A model generated the notes under the pieces. That model worked only from the letters and a program-made list of their open reading frames with translations, ran no database searches and was not told the DNA's origin. A DNA stretch of 64,000 nt, taken from NCBI RefSeq assembly GCF_902459465.1, contig NC_047067.1, forward strand, positions 16,430,001 to 16,494,000. Reading direction: 5' to 3'. Origin of the DNA: Asterias rubens (taxonomy: Eukaryota). Shown here in pieces: positions 12,100 to 24,889 of this stretch (positions are counted from its first letter, which is position 1; every line of letters begins with the position of its first letter). The position numbers and the translations under genes are program-made.

Positions 12100-13100
12100 T
12101 CGCCTCCCTGGGACTCCCTCCTGGAGCAGTACTCTCGGCCGTGGTAGAAAGCTAGTTTAGACGCTCGTGGACTCCCTACTCTCCGAGAGAAGTACTCTCT
12201 GCTGTTGTAGTAGGAGGCTCCAGGGCTCAGTATTTTTATGATTGGCGAACGCTCTTCTGGTCGCGACCAGTCAAATTCCCTCCCGCCCCAAGAGAAGTAC
12301 TCCTCTCCCAGCACAGGAAGTTAGTGGAGAGAGCTTGGGTATACCGGTTATTTCTGTTCCTTTCCCCTGCTCGCTCCTCCTAGCTCCAGCGGAAAGCGTG
12401 GGGCCCAAACAAAAAAATATAAACGGGGAATGCCGGCCTATGGCCTCTCCCTTGCCCCGTCTGTTTTCAATCTGAGCCAGTCCCCGAGATACCAGGAATT
12501 TGAGCCGGTAAGGCCGTTCATTAAATTCCCCGATCAGCCCTTTTTCCTTCCTCGACACTTGGATTGAGGGACTAATGAGGGTGCTGTTGTGAGGAACATC
12601 GACCTGACGATTTTTCTCTTCCCACATACTTTCCCTGGAAGGAGGGACGAAGTACAGTACTGGTAAAAATAAAAACTCGACTGCGCTACTGCCGTGCGCG
12701 ATATTCCGCAATCTATCACTTGCAATGGTAAAGAGCACAGCTAAGGGCTCGAGTAGTACCAAGGGTAAACCCATGAGAAGTACATCACACTCACAGCCAA
12801 CATCTACAACTTTACTCAGTCCTCAGGTGAAGATTTCCTCAGGATCCTCTACGCCTCAACAATCCTCTGACCAGCCCAGGCAGGTGAACAGAAGCGAGTG
12901 GGCTCGGAATTAAATCTCTCTCCTGACCATTCTTCAGTGTTCCGGGCGCTGCGGCCCCCGCCTGTCGGGCGGACAGGGCAGGGGTTAGGAGCTCCGCCTC
13001 CTCTACCCAACAGAGTGAGGGAATCACAGTCAACCTCATTCACTGATCGCTCTTTCACCGATGACTGACTCTCTATCGGAATTTCCCTGGGTCATTGGGG
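12100..13100 (-). mobile_element. Possible very degenerate DIRS-like remnant
   Basis: GC-richer block; weak minus-strand peptide similarity (TIASDRLRNI; LASVHLPGLVRGLLRRRGS) to YR/MT ends; a ccctcccgcc motif like the DIRS terminal region. Confidence 0.25.
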
Positions 13101-13133
13101 CTTCTGTCAAGAAGACCAAACAAAAGCGTTTAG

Positions 13134-14217
13134 TTAGGTGTTCGGAGCAGAGCATAGCTCCGAACACCTTTTGTTATTGTTCGTTTTTTTATTAATATTT
13201 TTATTTTTTTTACTTCTTCATCTTCTTCGCTCCGTCCCTTGTCCTCTAACAAAAGCACACTTTCAAAACTTGTATGAACTTGAAACTTTGCACATAGTTA
13301 GATATGCATTAGGAGTGGAATACTGTGTTGGTTACGTCATGATGACGTCATCCATTCTTGAGTTATAAAAATTCAAAGTTTATTAATTCAAAAAATCATA
13401 ACTTTTGATCTACATGATGGATTCTTACAATCGATGCATCATCGAAAAGGTCGTTAAAAACTCTGTAAACGCCTCGCAGACATGACCCCATTTTTACCTT
13501 GTCTTCTGGTTCAAATTGGATTTTTTTTGATTTTTTTTGTCAAAAATACATTGTGTGTTTTGACTACGACCATACTGCGTTGATTACTATGGTTCTCGTC
13601 CGATCATTGAAGTTAAGCAACATCGGGCCCAGTCAGTACTTGGATGGGAGATCCGCTTGGCCAGTTATTGTTTTTTTCTTTCTTTTTTACTTACTTATTT
13701 TTTTATATAAATAGCTTCGTTTATAGTATGTTTTCAAGGCGTTTTCAACAAACATTTCCCTTCCGGTTAGTTAGTCTCTTCTCCAGTGGTCATTCACAAG
13801 TTCTTATGTCCTCAACCACAATAGCTATTTAGACAATCTATAGGCCTACATCATATGAAAGGGCTTTTCGTACGTTGTCTGTTTTCAAGGCGTTTCAACA
13901 TTCAACAAACATTTCTCTTCCGGTTAGTTAGTCTCTTCTCCAGTCGTCATTACTCATCAGCTCCTATTTCCTTAACCACAAAAGCTATTTTGACAATCTA
14001 TACATCATATGAAAGGGCTTTACGTACTTCACAAAAATGGGTATGTTAGTGACCTTCTCTTGACCTTTTGACCTGTCTAAACCGGAAGTGCATGTAAAAT
14101 GCTTTGAATATGCGTTACTTCTTGGAGTTGTCGCTTTGTAATTTCCACTAGGCTTGTATTTTTGTACTCCCGGATGCCGAACACCTTGTTTTTGTTATGA
14201 CAAAAACTTAAGTCTAG
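13134..14217 (+). mobile_element. Helentron-associated non-autonomous element (HINE/DINE-1-like) containing a 5S-derived segment
   Basis: 5' TTAGGTGTTCGGAGC with 13-bp partner GCTCCGAACACCT; 3' subTIR CCGAACACC, then hairpin GTTTTTGT-TATG-ACAAAAAC, then CTAG and TTT; ~150-bp internal dimer 13730-14030. Confidence 0.75.
13562..13660 (+). pseudogene. 5S rRNA-derived segment, 3'-truncated
   Basis: GACTACGACCATACTGCGTTGA..GGTTCTCGTCCGATCA.TGAAGTTAAGCAACATCGGGCCCAGTCAGTACTTGGATGGGAGA matches the first ~100 nt of metazoan 5S rRNA; last ~20 nt absent. Confidence 0.9.
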
Positions 14218-14559
14218 TTTCCTCTTCTAATGATTCTTCAACAACATTGAAGATCAAAAAGAAGAAGAAAAAGGATACCATATCCCCGACAGCCTTTATG
14301 AAGGCGTTTGGTTCAATCAACACTTCACTGGCAACCATCTCCCAACAGCGGCATCCACCTCACAGGGGGCTCCCCCACCATCCACCTTCCCGGACCCAGA
14401 CTCGGGATTGATTGTTCAGGGGCCTATCAGAGCAGCTCCAGTCGATACTGGTCTTCCACACTCGTCCGAGGTAATTGATAGTGGGTCGTAGGTGCCTTGC
14501 ACTCCGGAGCGTGACTGTCAATGGAGAGGTTCTCCTACAGCCATCTCACTGCACCCCTC

Positions 14560-17390
14560 AACTACTCTTGAGGCATTCGAAGGGGAGGAACCCGAAGGGG
14601 AAAGGAGCTCAAGTGAGTCACGTGCACGCTCCTTGAAAGACGAGCCTGCAGAACTGAGCAGTTTCTCATCATTCAAAACTCAGCTCCAGCTGGTGCAATG
14701 GGACCTGGTACGTGTCCTCAAGCTACCGACCGACGCCATCCCAGAGGATTCATCGAGGCGTCGCTCCTTTAAGACACGAGCAGGAGGGGAAGAAACATGC
14801 AGAACATCGTTTCCGACCCTCCCATTGGACCGTCTTGAGGCGGTGACACCCTGCCCCCCACCTGGGACCTGTCGGGGGCCGCCTCAGAGATTTCGCAGGG
14901 TCTTGGAGCGAGATCACGTCCGACGCATGGGCTGCCATTTAGAGTTCACGAGCACACCCGAATTCGCAAAACACGTGCCCGAATTCGCAAAACACGTGTA
15001 AGAACAAAGCAGTCTGTGCGTCCGGTGGCGGACTCAGAACAGTTCTAGGGGTTCCTCTTGTCTTCTTTCTAACGCCAAAAAAAGGAACTACGGAATGGCA
15101 ACCTTTGATCAATCTGAAACCGTTCAATCGGTTCATCAGACCGAGATGCTTTCGAATGGAAACACTACAAGTGATCCTGGAATTGCTACCCAAGGCGGTA
15201 CGGGCAGCATCAAACGACCTTAAAGACCCTGCACAGCGGTGTGACCCAAAATATCTTTGTGTCAGCGAGTCAACCACACATGGACCTTTTTGCGACAAAT
15301 AAACGCCAAACTCTGGGTGTTCAGTGCAGGATTCCATCATCCAGGGGCCTGGGCCACCGACGCCCTGGCCATAGACTGGACAGGCATGTTCGCATATGCG
15401 TTCCCTATGGTATCCCTTCATCAGAGATTCATAGGAAAAATAGAGCTGGAATCATTCCGAATTCTCCTGATCGCTCTCTTCTGGCCACGCTAGCCATGGT
15501 TCCTAAGACTAGTGAGACTTCAGTAGGGGACCCCCTGATCCTCCCGGATCAACATGATCTCCTATACCAGCCACACTCCCGACTACTACCGTATTTTCCT
15601 GCGGATAAGATGCGTCTTATCTGACTTTTTAGACCCCAAAAACATTGATGCGTCTTATCTTTCGGTGCGCCTTGTCTGCTGACGATTGATTTTTTTTTTT
15701 TATGATCACTGCGTGAAATAAAAAATACCTTCATGTCCAGTTCAAATCAACGATCTTTGTGTGAAGAATCCTTACTCAATAATACGGGCGAACAAGGCTA
15801 TTCAGACACTGAGATCGTATTTTCGAACAATGCCGCAATCCCCCAGACGGTCCAATTATTCCAACAATGCTGCAACGTGTTTATTCCCCATGACCGTGCT
15901 TTCATTCCATTAATGCTGCAATGCGTCTAGCTTTCGGTCCAACAGACGTCGGCAGTGTACAAACGTTTTTCTTTGTGGCCGGGTATTCGTTCCGAAAACG
16001 ATTGACAATCAATAACTTCATACAAACGACATTCACCCAACAGCTATTGTGTGGTAAACTTTGAGGGTTTTTATTGTAGAGAACAACGATCTATTAATAT
16101 TTATTGCCTCTTTTTAGACGTTTGCTTTTAAAAAGTATTATGGGAACGTAGCATTATCTTACTAGGATATGATTTGTATTTGTTTGTAAGGCCAAATAAA
16201 ATAATACAACACTATAGCCAAAAAAAATAGGAAGAAACCACATTTTATTTTATTGAATTATTTTATTGCTTCAAAACTTCGGGTAGGACTGGTTGTTAAA
16301 ACCATGGTTGCCCTTGCATGAAACTTGCCTGTAAAATCAACGATGTCCAAGTTCAGACTCGAAAATCTCTCAAAATGACACAGAAAATAAGCCCCAAAAC
16401 GCAACCGTTCCGAGGTCTGTAAATTTAATTACGCAACACAAAAGCAGATATCACGCCTATAGTCGTTGTTACTGTACCGCAAGGATAAAGACAGGTCCCT
16501 GCTGCTAGATCCAGTGATTCCCATTGGATACAATGAACGTGCAGTGACATAGATGCCCAAATAGTCACTGCTCTCAAGTCCGCAATGGAATTTGACTGCG
16601 TATCTATACGTTCATGCTTGGGATCTGCACAGTCACGTGGGAATTTTGGCGCATTTCCAGGCAGCGCAAATGCAAGGGCGTAGCGCAACCCGTCGGCGAA
16701 CATCGCTCAATACGGTGCCCACATGTCTCCAACATCTGTTGTGCAATCTCGAGATTGAGCAGCCCAATCCACAGTGTACATGTGCATATTAATGTGCATG
16801 CAGCGACATCCCGGCAGAGGATACATTACTACACACACACACGCTACGTCCGTCTGTCGTTGCAATGTATCTGTACCAGCAAGGATCCTCGTTGTGGGAC
16901 GTCGGATGTCCAGGGAGGCATTGTGTTCATGTTGCAAATAAAATTAACTTCAGACAGTGCGTGGATCATGGTTTCTGCCCGCTGATTGGGCCGAACTTAA
17001 CAATATACAGCGTTGGCTGATTGGACAAAGGTTGGTATACGTAGGTTCTCAAAGGCAACAAATTATGTCTTTGTGTCAATGTACCGACATCGGGTGGCGC
17101 AAGGTGTTCTTTTGTGTGCGGTTAAACGTGCGCCTTGTGCGGCGGTGCGCCTTGTCTGCTGACGTTTGAATTTTTTTTGGTCATTTTAGCGTTCTGCGCC
17201 TTGTCCGCCAAGTGTCTTATCCGCAGGAAAATACGGTACATCCTGCGCCGGGAGACCTCCACCTGGCGTCTTGGCCACTGTCAAACGATCCCTCATTATA
17301 GCAGGTCTTTCTGAGGAAGCTGCGACTGGGAGGGGTCCGACTTGTCCCCAAGGCTTCGTTCCTGACTAGAACAGATGGCTCTGAAAATAT
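14560..17390 (+). mobile_element. Internally deleted DIRS copy (gag, RT, MT and YR pieces in order), interrupted by a MITE
   Basis: KTQLQLVQWDLVRVLKLP..SFPTLPLDR (gag); PVGGRL; INLKPFNRFIRPRCFRMETLQVILE (RT); PHMDLFAT..AWATDALAIDWTGMFAYAFP (MT); after MITE, HPAPGDLHL then GVRLVPKASFLT (YR). Confidence 0.85.
15589..17236. mobile_element. pogo/Tc1-mariner-type MITE, TA TSD
   Basis: TA|CCGTATTTTCCTGCGGATAAGA ... TCTTATCCGCAGGAAAATACGG|TA; removal restores DIRS codons cga cta cta cat cct. Confidence 0.92.
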
Positions 17391-17860
17391 GGGTTCAACT
17401 ACTTTCCGTCAACTTAATGTCAACTTGCGTGGTGCCGTCAACTCGCCATCAACACCTCCAATAATACTGTGGCGGGCAATTGCAAATTATTACAGGCAAA
17501 TTACAATTTGATCCTTGGCCTAACTCTTCTCCAGGCTTAAAGACCATCGAGGGGTCTAAAGGCTGTGAGACGAGGTCCGTTTTGGAGGAAATATACCGCC
17601 GAATGCATAATGATCAGTCTAATTCTGTTAGGTACACAAACACAAGTTACACGTAAGCAGAGAACCTTGACTACTTGGCTGTCGGTAAAACTGATCACTA
17701 GATCCGTTATTGCACAATCAATATTCAATCAAATCATTTACATAATTGGGCAGGGATTCGTTTATTAAGCACCTTTCTCTCAGGGTCAATGAATATACAT
17801 CTCAACAAAACATTAAATCAGTACTACAACATACCCTATTACTACACATACCCTTGCTCT

Positions 17861-18912
17861 AACGTAACCCCAAGTAACCCTCTGCTACATCCAAAGTAAC
17901 CCCAAGTAACCCTTTGCTACATCCAAAGTAACCCCAAGTAACCCTCTGATATATCCAAAGTAACCCCAAGTAACCCTCTGATATATCCAAAGTAACTCCA
18001 TGTAACCCTCTGATATATCCAAAGTAACTCCAAGTAACCCTCTGATATATCCAAAGTAACCCCAAGTAACCTTCTGATATATCCAAAGTAACTCCAAGTA
18101 ACCCTTTGCTATATCTAAAGTAACCCCAAGTAACCCTTTGCTACATCCAAAGTAACTCCAAGTAACACTTTGCTACATCCAAAGTAACTCCAAGTAACCC
18201 TCTGATACATCCAAAGTAACTCCAAGTAACCCTCTGATACATCCAAAGTAACTCCAAGTAACCCTCTGATATATCCAAAGTAACCCCAAGTAACCCTCTG
18301 ATATATCCAAAGTAACCCCAAGTAACCCTCTGATATATCCAAAGTAACTCCAAGTAACCCTCTGATATATCCAAAGTAACTCCAAGTAACCCTCTGATAT
18401 ATCCAAAGTAACCCCAAGTAACCTTCTGATATATCCAAAGTAACTCCAAGTAACCCTTTGCTATATCCAAAGTAACCCCAAGTAACCCTTTGCTATATCC
18501 AAAGTAACTCCAAGTAACCCTTTGCTACATCCAAAGTAACTCCAAGTAACCCTCTGATACATCCAAAGTAACTCCAAGTAACCCTCTGATATATCCAAAG
18601 TAACCCCAAGTAACCCTCTGATATATCCAAAGTAACTCCAAGTAACCCTTTGCTATATCCAAAGTAACCCCAAGTAACCCTCTGATATATCCAAAGTAAC
18701 CCCAAGTAACCTTCTGATATATCCAAAGTAACCCCAAGTAACCCTCTGATATATCCAAAGTAACCCCAAGTAACCTTCTGATATATCCAAAGTAACCCCA
18801 AGTAACCCTCTGATATATATCCAAAGTAACCCCAAGTAACCTTCTGATATATCCAAAGTAACCCCAAGTAACCTTCTGATATATCCAAAGTAACCCCAAG
18901 TAACCCTCTGTA
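17861..18912. repeat. 32-bp minisatellite, roughly 33 copies
   Basis: Unit ATATCCAAAGTAACCCCAAGTAACCCTCTGAT with variants (TTGCT/CTGAT, ACTCC/ACCCC); explains the repetitive ORFs. Confidence 0.97.
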
Positions 18913-19188
18913 ACCCGATGACGCTTACTTTGTAACCGGATGACACTTACTTTGTAATCATGTAACCCTCTCTTTACTTTTACTTTATATATTTGTAATC
19001 CAAAAAGGTCTCCACTGCCCACGGAACACTAAATATCGGGTACAACAACCAAATACAAGAAAACAACAAATACCAGAAAATAACCACACCAAATCACACT
19101 TCCTGAACTGTGTTCACACTTACTGCAAGCCAAAAGCTTTTACAGTGTGCCTCTACACGTTCCTAGTGCAATACCATAACCACGAAAA

Positions 19189-19630
19189 CCCAACTTAATT
19201 CTTACACTATAAGAAGGTGTTCTTTACCTGGTCACAAGCCAAAGCATTTGCGACCGGAAACTATACACTCCACTAGCGTGTCACATAAACACAATCACAG
19301 CCTAACTTAATTCTTACACTACTAGAAGGTGTTCTTTACCTGGTCACAAGCCAAAGCATTTGCGACCGGAAACTATACACTCAACTTGCGTGTCACATAA
19401 ACACAATCACAGCCTAACTTAATTCTTACACTACTAGAAGGTGTTCTTTACCTGGTCACAAGCCAAAGCATTTGCGACCGGAAACTATACACTCAACTAG
19501 CGTGTCACATAAACACAATCACAGCCTAACTTAATTCTTACACTACTAGAAGGTGTTCTGTACCTTGTCACAAGCCAAAGCATTTGTGACTGGAAACTAT
19601 ACACTCAACTAGCGTGTCACATAAACACAG
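19189..19630. repeat. 112-bp tandem repeat, ~4 copies
   Basis: cc(t/c)aacttaattcttacact starts at 19189, 19301, 19413 and 19525. Confidence 0.92.
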
Positions 19631-20505
19631 TTACATGAAAATACACCCAAAATACTCAACAACTTATGCAATAACAATTCCGTAGACCCCTGGCCTATCA
19701 TATAAGAATACAAAGATAAACTCGTATAAGACCCCTGGCCTATCACATAAAATTCAATGATAAACACAATATGCAAGAATGAACAAACTAATATACACTT
19801 TGTACAGAGAACTTAACTTACGATCTCTCCCGCTCCATCCGGGAATTATTTACACAGCACCTCCAGTTTGGAGGTCTTCACACACAGCACCTCCAGTTTG
19901 GAGGTCTTCCGCTACACACCTCTGACTTGTTACTGACCTCTAACTACACGCTAGCCCCCGGTGCCATGCCTCTACACATGCGGTCCCAGATCGCTACTTG
20001 CGCACGCGCACCATGCTAGCCTGATCACTGCGCACGCGCACCATGCCAGCCTGAGTCACTGCAAGCGCTTAGCTCCGCCTACTTGCATCGATCGCCCAGC
20101 CACGCAGTAAACGCATGCATATACAAAGACTAAACTAAACAGTCACATGTCCGTCACATGCATTTCCGCTAAAATACATATAAACTCCACAAAAGGGTAA
20201 TAGAACTGTACAGTATTAGCCAAAAGATAATTTTTACTAGATTCAGGTTACATTTCAGTGATAAAAATTGCGCTTTCCTGCATTTGGAACTGTCTTGGCC
20301 CAAGACGTAATGATTGGTACCGTGTGCTTAATTATGTACCCTGCTTCGTGTAAATTGATCGTTGACAGCATGGTAAAGACTAAACCACACCCTTCCATCT
20401 GTATTGGTCGTGTTGACTGCGAGTTGACGAACACAAGCGAGTTGACTGAATATTTACGTAACACGCACGTGGGTTGCAGCATTGGTGGCCATTTCGATGT
20501 CTTAA

Positions 20506-20857
20506 AGCCATTGGACACTTTCGGTTAACAGTATTGTCCAAAGGCCCACACTTTGTGTATCACAACTGATATAAAAATTAACAAACCTGTGAAAATTTAG
20601 GCTCAATCGGTCATCGAAGTCGGGAGAAATCCACCCTTGTTTCCGCACATTTCGCCGTGTCATGACATGTGTTTAAAATAAATCCGTAATTCTTGACAAC
20701 GAGAATTGATAATTGTTTTAATGTTTTCTCAAAAAGTAAAGCATTTCATGGAATAATATTTCAAGAGAAGCCTTTCACCATTACCTTCTGTAAACCCTGT
20801 AAGTTATTTGTAAATCTGTGAACTTTTTTTTGTCTGTGCCGAAAGTGTATAATGGCT
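20506..20857 (+). mobile_element. Kolobok-like MITE, second subfamily
   Basis: TTAA|AGCCATTGGACACTTTCGG ... CCGAAAGTGTATAATGGCT|TTAA (17/19 TIR match). Confidence 0.8.
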
Positions 20858-21064
20858 TTAATATGATGGCTCAATATTTTTTCATGATAACTCTTTTCAC
20901 AGCAAGCTTACTACTGTTTCACTACATTTCTTTTTTGCCTGTCACAAAAATTTTAATTTGTGCTTTCGCAAGGTTAATAATGTGTTCCTAACCACATATA
21001 TGATGTATAATGGAATAACCTAAAGAATTTGCTTGATGCCAATTTAATTTTCCTTTTTCTGCAG

Positions 21065-21143
21065 TGTCACCGTACGCTTTTGACAGAAATACTCAGCTAA
21101 TTGGGAGCATCAAATTTGAAGTAGATTTCTTGCAGAAAAAGAA
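21065..21143 (+). CDS. NSF: NSF internal coding exon (79 nt)
   Basis: tttctgcAG|tg tca ccg tac...aaa aag aa|GTaagt; (V)SPYAFDRNTQLIGSIKFEVDFLQKK vs human [26 protein letters not shown]. Confidence 0.95.
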
Positions 21144-21435
21144 GTAAGTACTCTTGATGAAGTGTTAAGATTTTGTGGAACCATCTTGAATCTCCAGTTG
21201 GACCTTCTGACGATCCTCTTGATCTTTGAGGTTATCAACAGATATCTGAGTTGCCTCTCTTCACTAAAGGGGGCTTGTGTTTTATTCAATAAAATCTTTA
21301 CAGACACTTTAGTGGAATTTCAGATTATTAACACATTACATTTTTTTTAACACTCATTTCGTAAACACTCCTTAATTGGTAGCTTGCAGTAGCATGCTAC
21401 TTTTATGTTTCTTTTGCTCAGCAACACTATCATGG

Positions 21436-22508
21436 TGTATGTTAGCTATGATGTCAGGGGTCTAAATGCGCTGCCGGACGGTATACAACTACCACCGGTG
21501 CCGGACAAGCCTCGCTCGGTCGGTACGTTGAACAACTTTGAAGAGAGGAGGGTTCCTTGGCCCGTTGTCTTGCGCTCCATTATAACATTTATAAGGACTA
21601 GCATCAGTACAGTAGCTGGTAGATTTGTCCCATAATTGGAAGCTGAGGTACTAAGTGTATGTTAACTTTAGTGTAGTAGTATGGCAAGAGTTAGTTTATG
21701 AAATAGATCTTCAGTCACGCACCATCTTCTACCGTCTGGTATGTTTTCGACCAACACATATTTTGGATCCCCAACTTTGATTTACCGCGAGAAATGTAGT
21801 CTACATTAAAGACAAAATAAACAGCTGGGTTCCTTATCTCATGAAACCAAACATGGCTGAAAACAGAATGTTATTAAGTGATTGTGCTTCAAGGGGATGG
21901 GGTGTGTTGTACTGTCATATGCCCAACATCTAAGAATTCTAACCAAGTAGCCATTACACCTGGATACTTTTTGAACCTTTCTCAAACACATTTCACACAC
22001 TGTATGGTCTAATTTTCTTCCTTCTATTTCTACATCCATGATTGATGCATTAAACGCGGTTGTTTTATCTTGTTGAAAGTTTCTGTAGTTGTGCTACGAT
22101 GTTTGTTGCAAATTACACACCATTGATTTCCAGCGACTTACAGTAAACAACTTTGAAGGGATTTCTCACTCGCCCGCCGCCATTGCCATTTTTTTTTTTA
22201 CAACACACGGCTTGTTTATACGTCGACGAGCACATGTGCCAGTGCTTGCAGAACATTGTGATTGACATCGCAGCGAGAGTTTATAGGTCAACCAACAACC
22301 AATGAGAACGGGTTGTTAGTAAACATTAGCATAATGAGCTCCGCCCTAAATTTTGGCAGATACAAAACAATCAAGGCGCTACATACGCTGTACATGTATT
22401 ATATGCACTGTGTTATGTATGGCGGGTACGCTGGCGAAATTCAGTGATGGTGATGGGGACTGGGATTTTGCAGGTCGCGGCTGGCTGGAGCGCCTTGATC
22501 AAGGCTAG
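21436..22508 (+). mobile_element. Unclassified repeat family A, copy 2
   Basis: Inverted homolog of 1334-2446; ends GCGCCTTGATCAAGGCTAG. Confidence 0.7.
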
Positions 22509-23024
22509 AAAAACATTTGCAAACAATCTTAGTTCGTTTTCAACGGCCGGAGACCAACGTTATTCTTTTCATGATAACAAAGTCAATATTACATATTTCA
22601 TAATTTCCAATCAGCAAAACCTAACGAGTGTCACAACTAATCACAGGAAAGGCCGATTTGTTTGCTTCAAACTACAGTAAAAGCTCAAAATCGACAGTTT
22701 CTAATGAAGCACTGTGCGCATGCAACGTGGCTAACATCATCTACTGCGCACGCGTTGAACTTGTGTGTTGCTCCATAGTGTTTCCACTGGAGGTGGGCGC
22801 AGCGCTAATCGGATTAATTTGAGCTTCGGGGATTAAGACTGGAGTTGTAACTCCTTCTGTGACTCGCTCTATTGTGAGACTGCCAGTCTGTTTTTCGTAA
22901 TTTTCAACAATGTGTTCCAATAGTGTTGAGGTTTTCAGAATAATTAAAAAGAGTAACATGCCTGTGATATTTTCACAGGACTCGGGAAAGTACTGAGTAT
23001 ACAGTGCTAACACACATCGGTGTA

Positions 23025-24492
23025 CAGTCGACTCCCGTTATTACGAGCTCGCATGTAACGAGGTTCCGGTTATTACGAGGTTTTTTGCCGGTCCCGAACT
23101 GCCCCGTGCGTGTTTCAATGCATTAAAATATGGATTATACGAGCACGGAAGTAGCGAGAACACGGTTATAACGAGGTAATTTTGCGGTCCCTTGGAGACA
23201 AAATGTATTGTTTTCAGACGTTTGTAGCGAGGGCCTGGAATAAGTGTGTAAAAAAAGCTTACCTTCGTCAAGGTTGAGAAATGACATGAAGCCCTTAAAC
23301 CCCATGATCAATACAAGAGGTGATAATTGCATGGTGCTCGTAGAGTGCCACCAGTCTATTCAACGGACTGGTTTACCCAAGCAGACAATAGAGGGCTTAA
23401 ATCACGCGCGTGGCTCAAAACCACCAACGGTTTAGTCACTGACGACAATCCTTCTCAATTTCAAAAACATGCCGCGTACTTAATAAATTCATGTCGGCGA
23501 ACGCACTCGGCAGTATTTGGGGGTTCTAATGATTATTCCTTGCTCGTACCATCCATGCAAAACTTCAAAAACGTCACCGCTGTTCGAGTTTTTTTTTTTA
23601 GTAGAGCCCCTTTTTCAATTAAAAATATTATTATTAATTCAATAATAACAATTCAATGAATGAAGATTCCCCCGTTTCCAAAAATGTTTTTTTTTTAAGA
23701 AAAGAAAGAAAAAAACAAAGGTTGCCCGTCCAGAATATTTAATTCAATCACATCAAAAGATAGAGATGTTTAAAAGACACAGATACGCAAAGATTTTATT
23801 AAGTCAATAATATAAATCAAAAAGAAAATTATTTTAAAAGACACAGATACACAAAGATTTAATGAATTAAATACTGTTATAAGAATTAAAAGGAGAAATT
23901 GAAAAATGAAACAAAACAACTGGATCGGAACAGCTAAAAAAGGAAACGGCAAAAAACTGAAACAAGCTCCTTTATACAATCATCACTCCCTTCAGTCCAT
24001 GTGCAACGGAACTCCAGAAACATCTCGCTTGTGTCCCACGCTTGACATGCTGTTATCATGATACTCCATGTCGATCACCAACGAAAATGAACGTTCAGTG
24101 CATGCATCATGTTCATACCATGCGCTACGCGGCAGAATCCACTCGCTCTGAACGGCAAGTTGACATCTCTTTGCTATATTGTTATCATAAATTGTACAAA
24201 ATATTACATTTCCCTGATTAATCACTCAATAAAAGACATTTAGCAATGATATTCTTGTGTACAAGATGCTCGTAATAGCTGTTCTGATAAGCAAACAGCT
24301 CCGTGCAGGCTAACACAAGTGTATATGCACGTACACGTGTTGTGTACAATGTATATGCACGTACACGTGTTGTGTGCATGCACAATGATGATGTGTGTAT
24401 CTATATTTAGCGCGCTGCGTTTATAACAAGGTTCGGATAATACGAGGAAAATGGGCCAGTCCGGCGGACCTCGTTATAACGGGAGTCGACTG
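23025..24492. mobile_element. Tigger/pogo-type MITE, TA TSD
   Basis: TA|CAGTCGACTCCCGTTATTACGAG ... CTCGTTATAACGGGAGTCGACTG|TA. Confidence 0.88.
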
Positions 24493-24889
24493 TATATGAT
24501 TGGGTAAAAACCAAAATTAATATTCTTTATCCCTGATGCAAATTTAAAATTTATAATAAAAATGTTATTTTTAAAACAATGTTGAGCATTGGACTGTGTA
24601 TACAAATACTTAAGACTAAATGTTTGATGTTTTAGAGCCAAATTTTAACATGGAGGAAGGAAGAGAATTTGAACAACAAAAAACAGACATGCAGAATTTG
24701 TTTAAGCAAAAACCAAACTCTATGTCACTGGTTTCAGTTGAAGGAGCTGAGACAATGAAAGCACAATTTGCCTTCAGGGTTGATTTTTTTTGAAAATTTA
24801 CCCAGTCTATCATGGGCCCTTTACTTATTCATCGCGATTTATGGAGCGTCACGTACCACGATACATAGCGTTGTTACAGCACTAAATAA

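Larger units (their letters stand above)
17858..20158 (-). mobile_element. Putative solo LTR containing the two tandem arrays
   Basis: Minus strand begins TGTGACGG and ends GGTTACGTTAGA (one mismatch from ..GTTACA); no convincing 4-6 bp TSD. Confidence 0.3.

Noticed and set aside
13562-13660. Functional 5S rRNA gene
   Set aside because: It lacks the 3' ~20 nt, has many substitutions and lies inside a transposon.
17859-19022. Many 70-165 aa ORFs with repeating GYLGLLWIYQRVTW peptides; also a possible CRISPR look-alike
   Set aside because: They are translations of a 32-bp minisatellite; units are contiguous with no unique spacers, and there are no cas genes.
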